From a bacterium (GTDB lineage: Bacteria; RBG-13-61-14; DATKZS01), in assembly GCA_046484135.1 (NCBI GenBank), contig JAWOBU010000249.1, forward strand, positions 1 to 16,640: a stretch of DNA of 16,640 nt. The letters are read 5' to 3'. A program made the translations under genes and the position numbers. Below the pieces are notes generated by a model. That model was not told where the DNA came from and did not search any database. It worked only from the letters and a program-made list of their open reading frames with translations. This document shows, piece after piece, positions 1-7,175 of this stretch. Position 1 is the stretch's first letter, and every line of letters starts with the position of its first letter.

Positions 1-1048
1 CCCCTTGCGCAAGATGGTCGAGCATCTTCCTGTCTTCCGCCTCCTCTTCTTTCATGCGGGCGGGGCCGTAGTTTTCCTGGTCCCCGTACCTGGGCCCGAG
101 GTGGGCCAGGTCAGCTCCGGCAATGAAACAGACCTTTTCGTTCCTCTCGGAGAGTGCAGTGTTAAGTGCGCTCATGAAGTCCTTGAAGGCAGGCTCTTTT
201 CGGGGCGAGGTCTCACTTATGACGGAGGGCTGGAACCCGTTGCACAAGACGGGCAGGATGCGGACGTCAGAATCGGCCAGGGCGTGCTGGAGGAAGACCA
301 CCATGAACTCGATGGAATGCTCCTGCTTGTGGATGTAGTCATGGAGCGGGTTCCTGTTGCTCTGGAGCCGGGCGATGCGGTTTACCAGGTCCTTGTCGGT
401 GCGGGCCGTGCCCAGCGGTGTCCGGAAGTCCTTGTCCGACATAATGAACACGCGCTGCTCTTCCATGTGGGCGGTGCCGAAGATAATGAAGAGCGAGGCG
501 TCGGTGTTCTCGGCCAATGCCTTGAAAGCGTGGGCGGTGCACGCGCCCGAGTCGTTTATGTTCATGTGAGGAGCGACTATTCCCTTGAGGTCGCTTGCCT
601 TCCTCTCGCCCGGTAACCCGCCGGGGCCGTCGGGAGCGGTGTAGAAGCCGTCCAGGAACTTTTTCAGCTTTTCTTTTTCCGCGGGATAGGAGTTTCCCGC
701 GTGCAGTGCCGGCCGGACCTCTTGAGCGGCCCACTCCTCGTTCAGTTTCATTACGTGGCCGTGAAAGCGCGGCGAGTCGAGCAAAAGCTTTTCATCCAGT
801 TGCCGGGCGAGGTTCTCGATCAGGTCGGAATCAATGAGCTGGCCGGTCTGGCGGGTCAGCTCTTCCTGGATTTCCCTTACACTGCGGCTGCCGTCAAAGT
901 ACTGGATAATGGCCGCGGCCTCCAGCGGAACCAGCACCGACTCTTCCACGATCCCCTCCGGGTCCTGGAAGAGAAGCATCTTTTTCCCTTCAACCTGGAC
1001 AGGTACGGGCGCGACCCGGAGCCGCGGGTTTATATTCAACTCGTCCAT
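1..1048 (-). CDS. amrB: AmmeMemoRadiSam system protein B (MEMO1-family dioxygenase-like fold), long form with N-terminal PqqD/RRE-like domain; 3'-partial
   Basis: Manual translation from ATG at 1048 (SD AAGGAG upstream) is open to the window edge: MDELNINPRL...VRPALHAGNSYP...GIVAPHMN...IIFGTAH...DFRTPLG...HKQEHSIEF...ILPVLC...FIAGADLAHLGPRYGD. These match MEMO1/AmrB motifs (R-P-x-x-x-AG-x-x-YP, APH, G-x-x-H, F-x-TPLG, EHS-x-E, D-x-x-H-x-G). Not in the ORF track because no stop lies in the window. Confidence 0.9.
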   Translation of the reverse strand, partial: MDELNINPRLRVAPVPVQVEGKKMLLFQDPEGIVEESVLVPLEAAAIIQYFDGSRSVREIQEELTRQTGQLIDSDLIENLARQLDEKLLLDSPRFHGHVMKLNEEWAAQEVRPALHAGNSYPAEKEKLKKFLDGFYTAPDGPGGLPGERKASDLKGIVAPHMNINDSGACTAHAFKALAENTDASLFIIFGTAHMEEQRVFIMSDKDFRTPLGTARTDKDLVNRIARLQSNRNPLHDYIHKQEHSIEFMVVFLQHALADSDVRILPVLCNGFQPSVISETSPRKEPAFKDFMSALNTALSERNEKVCFIAGADLAHLGPRYGDQENYGPARMKEEEAEDRKMLDHLAQG

Positions 1049-1067
1049 GTGTGACTCCTTGCGGCCA

Positions 1068-1096
1068 ATGATAGGCGCATCAACAAAGGCTGTCAA
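1068..1096 (-). promoter_or_regulatory. sigma70-type promoter for amrB
   Basis: Minus strand TTGACA (1096-1091), 17-nt spacer, TATCAT (1073-1068), ending about 20 nt before the ATG at 1048. Confidence 0.7.
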
Positions 1097-1113
1097 TTAA
1101 AGAGCGGGCGGGA

Positions 1114-1950
1114 TCAGAGCTCCATGAGCTGTCCGCCGGTTACGTTTATGGCCTGGCCGGTGAGGTAAGAGGACTGGTCTGACGCGAGCCATGCGATAAC
1201 ATTGGCACAGTCCGCGGGAGAAGCCGGTCTTCCCAGCGGAATGGTTTTAAAGAACTCCTCTTCGAACTCTTCCATGGATTTGCCGGTGGCAAAGGCCCTC
1301 ATCTTCCATCCCCACTCGCCCAGGTCGGTGCGGACCTGGCCGGGACAGATACAGTTCACCCGGATGCCGGCGCCCGCCAGCTCGAGGGCCAGCACCTTGG
1401 TAAGCATTATTACGCCCGCCTTGGAGGTGCAGTAGGAACCCATGAACGCGCCCGCCACCTTGCCGGCGCGGGAGGAGGTGTTGACAATGGCGCCGCCCGG
1501 CTTGCCTTTTTTCAAAAGGGGGATCATGGCCTGGGAGACCCGGAAAGTCCCGTTCAAGTTGATGTCCATTACCTTGAGCCAGGCTTTCTCGTCCTGGTTC
1601 TCGATGGCGTTCGGGCCGGGCGAGCCTCCGGCGTTGTTTATGAGCACGTCCAGGCTTCCGAACTCGTCCTCCACCCGGCGGGCCATGGCCGCCACCGCCT
1701 CCGGGTCAGTAACGTCCAGGGGCACCGGCATTGACTTGACGCCGTGCTCTCTTACCTTTTCGGCAAGCTCTTCCAGCTCGGCGTTGGACCCCGTCCGGCA
1801 GTAACCGGGGAACTCATCCATCTGCTCGCACAGGTCAGCCACCACCACGTGCGCGCCCTCCGATGCCAGCCGGTCCGCCACTGCGCACCCGATTCCGGTA
1901 GGCTTACTGGCGCCGGTTACCAGCGCCACCTTATTATCGAACCATCCCAT
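1114..1950 (-). CDS. SDR family NAD(P)-dependent oxidoreductase (278 aa)
   Basis: TGASKPTGIG glycine motif, NNAG, catalytic S and YCTSK, C-terminal IPLGR...YLTGQAINVTGG. Start moved from 2052 to ATG 1950, which has an AAGGGAG SD and removes the overlap with the ABC-F gene. Confidence 0.92.
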   Translation of the reverse strand: MGWFDNKVALVTGASKPTGIGCAVADRLASEGAHVVVADLCEQMDEFPGYCRTGSNAELEELAEKVREHGVKSMPVPLDVTDPEAVAAMARRVEDEFGSLDVLINNAGGSPGPNAIENQDEKAWLKVMDINLNGTFRVSQAMIPLLKKGKPGGAIVNTSSRAGKVAGAFMGSYCTSKAGVIMLTKVLALELAGAGIRVNCICPGQVRTDLGEWGWKMRAFATGKSMEEFEEEFFKTIPLGRPASPADCANVIAWLASDQSSYLTGQAINVTGGQLMEL

Positions 1951-2012
1951 CTGATTTCTCCCTTTTGGCGTTCCGGGTAAGCCGGGAAAGCTATAAGCCG
2001 CAACCAGCCGGT

Positions 2013-3962
2013 TTACTCCTCCGGTTCCGGTTTTTGCTCCAGCGACTCCCACTCATTATATAACCGCTCCAGCTCGGATGTAAGGGACCTCTTGTTTTTC
2101 TCCAGCTCGAGAAGCTTCTGGTAGTCGGACGAGACTTCAGGATCGGCCATTCTGCTCTCCAGCGCGGACAGCTCCGCCTCCTTTTCCGCAATGGACTCCT
2201 CGACCGCGCTCCGCCTTTTCTCCAGCTTCTGCCTCCGCCGCTGTCTCTTTTTGTCCTCTTCCTTCTTCCGGATGCGAACCGACTTTGATTCCTTTCCAGT
2301 GCCGCTCCCGGTCGCATTAAAGGCCTTGCTCAGATTGTCTTGCGATTTCCCTTCCCTCTGTCCTTCGCGGCCGCGGACAAAGTCGTTGTAGTCGCCCGGG
2401 TAGCTGCTGACGGCTTTGTCCCTTACCTCCAGCACCCTGTCGGGTATGTTTTCCAGGAAGTATCGGTCATGGGTTACGTAGACTACTGCGCCGTCATAGT
2501 TTTTGATGGCGTTATGGAGGACCTCCTTGGAGGCCAGGTCAAGGTGGTTGGTGGGTTCGTCGAGCAGTATGAGGTTTGCCGGAGTGAGCATGAGCTTGGC
2601 CATGGCCAGCCTGCTTTTTTCTCCGCCGGAGAGCTCCTCGACCTTCTGGTCCTGGTCTTCGCCGCTGAAGAGGAACGCTCCCAGGATGTTCCTTATCCTG
2701 GGGACACTTTCCAGGGGCGCGGTCCTGCTCAGGGTATCGAGTGCAGTAAGGCCGTGTTCGAGCTCGTCTCCCGCTCCCTGGTGAAAGAAGTCCATGACGG
2801 TGCGCGGGCTTTGGTGCCGGTCTCCGTTGTCCGGCTCTTCGCGGCCGGCCATGATGCGAAGCAGGGTGGACTTGCCCGACCCGTTCGGTCCCAGCACCGC
2901 GATTTTTTCCCCCTTGAAGATCACCAGGTCCACGTTTTCCAGGACCGCGGTGTCGCCGTAGGACTTGTTCACTTTTGACAGCCGTAAAAGCTCGCTGGGC
3001 GCGGGCGGTGGAGCGGGAAAGTCTATGTTAATGGTTTTCGACTGGCGGGGCGGTTCGACCGGCTCGAGCTTGTCGAGCATTTTTATCCGGGACTGGACCT
3101 GGGCGGCCCTTTTTTTGTCGGCCTTGTACTTGTTGATAAAAGCCTTCTGCCGGGCCACGTAATCGAGGTACTTCTCGTACTCCTTCTGTTCCTGTTGGAG
3201 CTTGTTCTTTTTCTTCTCGAGATAGGCGGTGTAGTTTCCCTGGTAGGGAGTAAGGACTCCGTCCTCTATCTCGAGTATGCTTTGGGTTGTCACGTCCAAA
3301 AAGTACCGGTCATGGGAGACCAGCATCCAGGCGGCCGGGTAGTCTTTCAGGAACTCTTCCAGCCAGTTCCTGGCTTCCAGGTCAAGGTGGTTGGTGGGCT
3401 CGTCCAAGAGCAAGACTTGCGGCTGGGACAGGAGCAGCTTGGCCAGGGCGATCCGCATCTGCCATCCGCCGGAGAAGAACGAAAGCGGCTTGGACCGGTC
3501 TTCCTCCCTGAAGCCGAGGCCGGAAAGTATCCTGCCTATGCGGCCTTCGATCTCGTAACCGCCTCGAATATGGAAGCGGTCCCCGAGCTCGGTCATGCGC
3601 CGGATCAGACTTTCCTGCTCGGCCTCGGAAAGACCGTCGGAAGATAGCTTCTCTTCGATGGCTTCCTGCTCCTTTTGCAAATCGAGCAGCGGCTTTACCG
3701 CCAGTCGTATTTCCTCCTCAAGCGAGTTGCCGGACAACTCCACCCCGTGCTGGGGAAGGTAGCCGACCTCGAGGTTCCTGGCGCCCTCGATCCGGCCCCG
3801 GTCCGGCTCGATCAGGCCGGCCACGGCCCTTAAAAGAGTGGTCTTGCCGGAGCCGTTCTCGCCCACCAGCCCTACGTGAGCGTGGTCCCCCAGCACCCAG
3901 TTCGCTCCTTCCAGTATGGTCCGGTCGCCGAAAGCTATTTCCAGGTTCTCGAGTTTTATCAA
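2013..3962 (-). CDS. ABC-F family ATP-binding protein (ribosome-associated, YheS/Uup/YdiF-like) with C-terminal coiled coil
   Basis: Two NBDs (GENGSGKT/FSGGW/LLLDEPTNHLD and GPNGSGKS/LSGGE/ILLDEPTNHLD), GNY inter-domain linker, no TM segments, charged coiled-coil C-terminus. TTG start. Confidence 0.93.
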   Translation of the reverse strand: MIKLENLEIAFGDRTILEGANWVLGDHAHVGLVGENGSGKTTLLRAVAGLIEPDRGRIEGARNLEVGYLPQHGVELSGNSLEEEIRLAVKPLLDLQKEQEAIEEKLSSDGLSEAEQESLIRRMTELGDRFHIRGGYEIEGRIGRILSGLGFREEDRSKPLSFFSGGWQMRIALAKLLLSQPQVLLLDEPTNHLDLEARNWLEEFLKDYPAAWMLVSHDRYFLDVTTQSILEIEDGVLTPYQGNYTAYLEKKKNKLQQEQKEYEKYLDYVARQKAFINKYKADKKRAAQVQSRIKMLDKLEPVEPPRQSKTINIDFPAPPPAPSELLRLSKVNKSYGDTAVLENVDLVIFKGEKIAVLGPNGSGKSTLLRIMAGREEPDNGDRHQSPRTVMDFFHQGAGDELEHGLTALDTLSRTAPLESVPRIRNILGAFLFSGEDQDQKVEELSGGEKSRLAMAKLMLTPANLILLDEPTNHLDLASKEVLHNAIKNYDGAVVYVTHDRYFLENIPDRVLEVRDKAVSSYPGDYNDFVRGREGQREGKSQDNLSKAFNATGSGTGKESKSVRIRKKEEDKKRQRRRQKLEKRRSAVEESIAEKEAELSALESRMADPEVSSDYQKLLELEKNKRSLTSELERLYNEWESLEQKPEPEE

Positions 3963-4002
3963 TTCATATCACTTTTTTCGAAAAAAATTCGGTCTCTGTT
4001 TT

Positions 4003-4031
4003 ATCTTACGAGCCGCCGCGATCCCAAACAA
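4003..4031 (-). promoter_or_regulatory. possible sigma70 promoter for the ABC-F gene
   Basis: Minus strand TTGTTT (4031-4026), 17 nt, TAAGAT (4008-4003). Confidence 0.35.
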
Positions 4032-4037
4032 TCCCCT

Positions 4038-4066
4038 CGGCCCGGCACCTTCTTTGTGCCCGGCCG
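4038..4066 (-). terminator. GC-rich stem-loop downstream of the NYN gene (possible terminator or RNA structure)
   Basis: CGGCCCGGCAC-cttcttt-GTGCCCGGCCG: 11-bp stem with one mismatch and a 7-nt loop. No clean U-tract follows. Confidence 0.35.
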
Positions 4067-4092
4067 GCGGCGTTGATACACGTTCACGAAGC

Positions 4093-4653
4093 TCAGAGGA
4101 TGTCGCCTTCCGCCTTGCGGAAGTTGTCCTGGTAGTCTTCAAGAAAGATAAGAGGAATTTCGTTCTCGCGGCAGGCTTGCATGGTTTCCTGGGGCAGAGT
4201 CCATTTCCAGGCGATGATCTTTACTTTTCTTCCACAGCTCATGATCTCGCCGATGGCGTCCAGGAAGTCGCGGTCGGAGCTCATCACCAGTGCTATGTCG
4301 AAGCTTCCGTTTTGCATGTCCTTTAAAAGCTGGGTTACCAGCCCCACGTCCACTCCCTTTTCCGTGGGTATCCATTCCTCGTGCCCGCAGGACGGGCACA
4401 CCACTTTGCGGTGGGCGAGCTGATAGGTATGAAGATGGAACCCGAGCTCGTTTTTAAGCGCGTTGTAAAACCGGGCCTGTTTTTCGCGGGGCACCTGCTG
4501 CTCGGAGGCGAAGAAATGCACGTCTTCAATGGGTCCTTCCTCGGTCTCCAGGAACTCCCTTATCTTGCGGTAGCTCGGTCTCCATCCGGTTTTCTTGCAG
4601 CCGCGAAAGATGTTGGAGTTGTCAATATAAAGGACTTTTTTAGTGGCGGACAT
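4093..4653 (-). CDS. NYN domain (LabA/DUF88, PIN-like) putative RNase with internal CxxC
   Basis: Acidic motifs YIDNSNIF, EKGVDVGL and SSDRDF are typical of NYN/LabA proteins. GGAGGG SD. CPSC insert lies just before EKGVD. Confidence 0.87.
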   Translation of the reverse strand: MSATKKVLYIDNSNIFRGCKKTGWRPSYRKIREFLETEEGPIEDVHFFASEQQVPREKQARFYNALKNELGFHLHTYQLAHRKVVCPSCGHEEWIPTEKGVDVGLVTQLLKDMQNGSFDIALVMSSDRDFLDAIGEIMSCGRKVKIIAWKWTLPQETMQACRENEIPLIFLEDYQDNFRKAEGDIL

Positions 4654-4708
4654 TTTAAGACCCTCCCCCCTGGCTAATTTATAATTACCTTAACGCCCGG
4701 TTTTCATA

Positions 4709-5647
4709 TCAAAGCTTTTTCTCGCGGGTTTGCTCCATGGCCCGCACCAGCCGGCTCAGGGTCGAGTTCACCGGCGCTTCGATTCCATAGCCGGCGGCCT
4801 CTGCAACCACCGCGGCGTTTATGGCCTCGATCTCCGTCTGCCGCTTGGCCCGGACGTCCTGGAGCATGCTGGATATGTTCTGACCGGTGGCGCGGGAGAC
4901 CTGGAGAGCCCGCTCGAACGGGTCCTCGAAGCTGAGAGTGATGCCCCTGGCGCGGCAGACCTGTTTTACTTCTTCTATAGCGGCCTCCATGATCTCTCTC
5001 GTTGCTTCGGTCTCGGCCAGTACCCCGTTTCTTACGCCCAGCACGGCTGTGAGGGCGTTGATGGCCACGTTTATGATAAGCTTGCTCCAGATGACCCCTT
5101 CGAGGTCAGTTGTAACTTTTGCGCTTAAACCGCGGGAGCTCATAAACCCGGCCACCTTTTCCGCCCGGCTGGTGCCTCCTGCGAGCTCTCCTATCACGGT
5201 CTCTCCCTCTCCGGCGTGTCTTACCTTTCCCGTGTCCACCAGGTTGGCCCCCTGCGCGGTGGTCCCGCCCAGCACCTTTTCCGGGCCGAAGACCTCGGCC
5301 AACTGTTCCACGTTGCCCATGCCGTTCTGGAGGGTAAGAATAAGCGAGCCTTCTCCGGCCACTTGCGAGGCCAGCCTGGCGGCGCTTCCGGTATCATAGG
5401 ATTTTACGCAAATGACGGCAAGATCGGCGGTGCCGATTTCTGCGGGTCGGGCGGTGGCTTTTACAGGTACGGCGAGCTTTTCATCATCCCGGAGTATCTG
5501 GATGCCCTGGTTGTTGATTGCAGAGGCCCGCTCGGTGTCTTTGTCCAACAGCCACAGGTCCGTTTCCGGGGAATTGAGCATGCCTGCGAACAGGCAGCCC
5601 ATGGCGCCGGGGCCCACGATCACGATTTTTTTAAGCGGCGTGGTCAA
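4709..5647 (-). CDS. panE: 2-dehydropantoate 2-reductase (ketopantoate reductase)
   Basis: GPGAMG Rossmann motif, VKSYD, LQNGMG, WSKLIINVAINALTA, SSMLQD...RQTEIEAIN. TTG start. Confidence 0.9.
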   Translation of the reverse strand: MTTPLKKIVIVGPGAMGCLFAGMLNSPETDLWLLDKDTERASAINNQGIQILRDDEKLAVPVKATARPAEIGTADLAVICVKSYDTGSAARLASQVAGEGSLILTLQNGMGNVEQLAEVFGPEKVLGGTTAQGANLVDTGKVRHAGEGETVIGELAGGTSRAEKVAGFMSSRGLSAKVTTDLEGVIWSKLIINVAINALTAVLGVRNGVLAETEATREIMEAAIEEVKQVCRARGITLSFEDPFERALQVSRATGQNISSMLQDVRAKRQTEIEAINAAVVAEAAGYGIEAPVNSTLSRLVRAMEQTREKKL

Positions 5648-5705
5648 TTTTTATTGCTCTCTTTAGGTAAGACTTTTTTTATTTCCGATTTTATTTTAAG
5701 GCCAA

Positions 5706-5734
5706 AGCTTAACATATAGCCGTTTTTCAAGCAA
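5706..5734 (-). promoter_or_regulatory. putative sigma70 promoter for panE-NYN
   Basis: Minus strand TTGCTT (5734-5729), 17 nt, TAAGCT (5711-5706) with a TGn extended -10, in an AT-rich intergenic region. Confidence 0.45.
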
Positions 5735-5889
5735 CAGCTCAATTTAACAAGGCATACCGTAAATTGGCAATAGTTTGTTCATGTGCTTTCGCTTTGACTT
5801 GCCGGGAGTAGCGGGGCGAGGAAAGCTTGTTCTTGTATTTTGCAAAAGGCTCCGTCTTTGTAAAAGCGATTCTACTTTAAGCAGCCATC

Positions 5890-7083
5890 TTAAAGGCTCA
5901 TCGTGTTTTTCATCTGCTTTATGATCTCGGCCGGGACATTTTTGTTTACGTCTATGAGCTGTACTGCGGGTTTCCCTCCGAATATGGCGAAAGCCCTTTG
6001 CAGGACCCGGTCGTCGCGGACGGCTTCCAGGTCGTTCCGGACGAGCTTGTGGGTCCGGGCCGCGTCGAGCGCTCCTCCCAGCAGCATGACCGCTCCCCGG
6101 TTTGTGACAGAGACCGCGGTCTGGCTGACGTAAGGGTCCTTGGTTAGGCTCTTGTTGGATTCGGGAGTCTCTTTCCGGTTCATGATAAGCCAGGCCAGGG
6201 ATGCCATGTCGTGGGCCACGATGGAGTCGGATGCGATCACGAGGCCGGTTTCGGGATTTACCACGTGGCCTTTGTCCGGCCCGAAGGTGGTCTGGACGTG
6301 AGTGGCCACGGTCAGGACCAGTCGTTGTTTTTCGAGCAGGGTAGAGGCGGTGTTAGCCTCGGCGGTCTTTTCCTGAAAGGTGGACGCGTCCTTATGGTAC
6401 TCGAGCCTGGTGTCGGTGCGCCAGTATCCTACCGCGGCCTTCATGCCCAGGGTGGAGCCCGCCAGGACATGCCTGCTGGTCCGGGGCATGAGCACCACAT
6501 GGTCCATGTCCTTTAATATGGACGGCATCATGACTCCACCCTTCCAGCTCGAGCCTTGCGCAAGGGGGTCTTCGAAAAACGCGTCCCACCCGTCCTCCTC
6601 CGGGAAGTAAAGCTCGGCGCCCGCGGAACGAGCGGCTTCCGCCAGGCCCGCCTGTTCCATCAGCTTGCGGGTGCTGCCCTTTTTCAAACCGTCACGGGTG
6701 AGCTTTACGTGCTCGATGCCGGCCATGTCCGAGACTACCACCCGGGCCGCGCCCTTGTCCTTCAAAAGCTCGACCATGGCTGCCACCCCGGCGGGACTGC
6801 TGGTCGCGGGATACGGGTTGCCCGAGTTCAGCGCCGGCTTTATAAACACGGAGTCTCCCTTGGAGAGCCACGAGAAATCGCTGGCGGACAACGCCGTTTC
6901 TTTGACTGCGTTTTTAAGCTCGTCTTCGGGTGAGCCTTTTTTGACCCCGGCGACGTGGACCATGGCCTCGGGTGCTTCCGCCCGGGCCTTGCCCCACGGC
7001 AGGGAAGCCGCGGCCGTGCCCGCGGCCAGTACCTTCTCGAACTCCCGCCGCGACATTCCCTTGTCTCCGTTTTCTCTCCCCAT
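5890..7083 (-). CDS. DUF362 domain protein with twin-arginine signal peptide
   Basis: SRREF Tat motif plus Ala-rich h-region and ARA cleavage site. GDSVFIKP, T-S-S-P, P-R-T-S-R-H...TLGMKA, GP..G and ASDSIVAHD align with the DUF362 pattern (V-x-IKPN, P-K-x-K-T-H...T-x-x-x-K-N, D-x-V-A-x-D). AAGGAG SD before ATG 7083. Confidence 0.78.
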   Translation of the reverse strand: MGRENGDKGMSRREFEKVLAAGTAAASLPWGKARAEAPEAMVHVAGVKKGSPEDELKNAVKETALSASDFSWLSKGDSVFIKPALNSGNPYPATSSPAGVAAMVELLKDKGAARVVVSDMAGIEHVKLTRDGLKKGSTRKLMEQAGLAEAARSAGAELYFPEEDGWDAFFEDPLAQGSSWKGGVMMPSILKDMDHVVLMPRTSRHVLAGSTLGMKAAVGYWRTDTRLEYHKDASTFQEKTAEANTASTLLEKQRLVLTVATHVQTTFGPDKGHVVNPETGLVIASDSIVAHDMASLAWLIMNRKETPESNKSLTKDPYVSQTAVSVTNRGAVMLLGGALDAARTHKLVRNDLEAVRDDRVLQRAFAIFGGKPAVQLIDVNKNVPAEIIKQMKNTMSL

Positions 7084-7175
7084 TTGGATACTCCTTCGGC
7101 GGTTTGGCCGCCTTCCTTACTTGCTCCTGTTTCGGCCCTTGTCAGGAAAAAAGCTTCGGTTACCGGCTTTTTTCT

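Noticed and set aside
5..1100. Plus-strand ORFs 5..616, 701..1054 and smaller ones
   Set aside because: Antisense shadows of amrB, whose minus-strand frame carries clear MEMO motifs, an SD and a promoter.
1951..2052. N-terminal extension of the SDR in the ORF track
   Set aside because: Overlaps the ABC-F 3' end. ATG 1950 has an SD and gives a normal SDR N-terminus.
5765..5780. TGGCA...TTG sigma54-like site
   Set aside because: Spacing is off by one and the -12 GC is absent.
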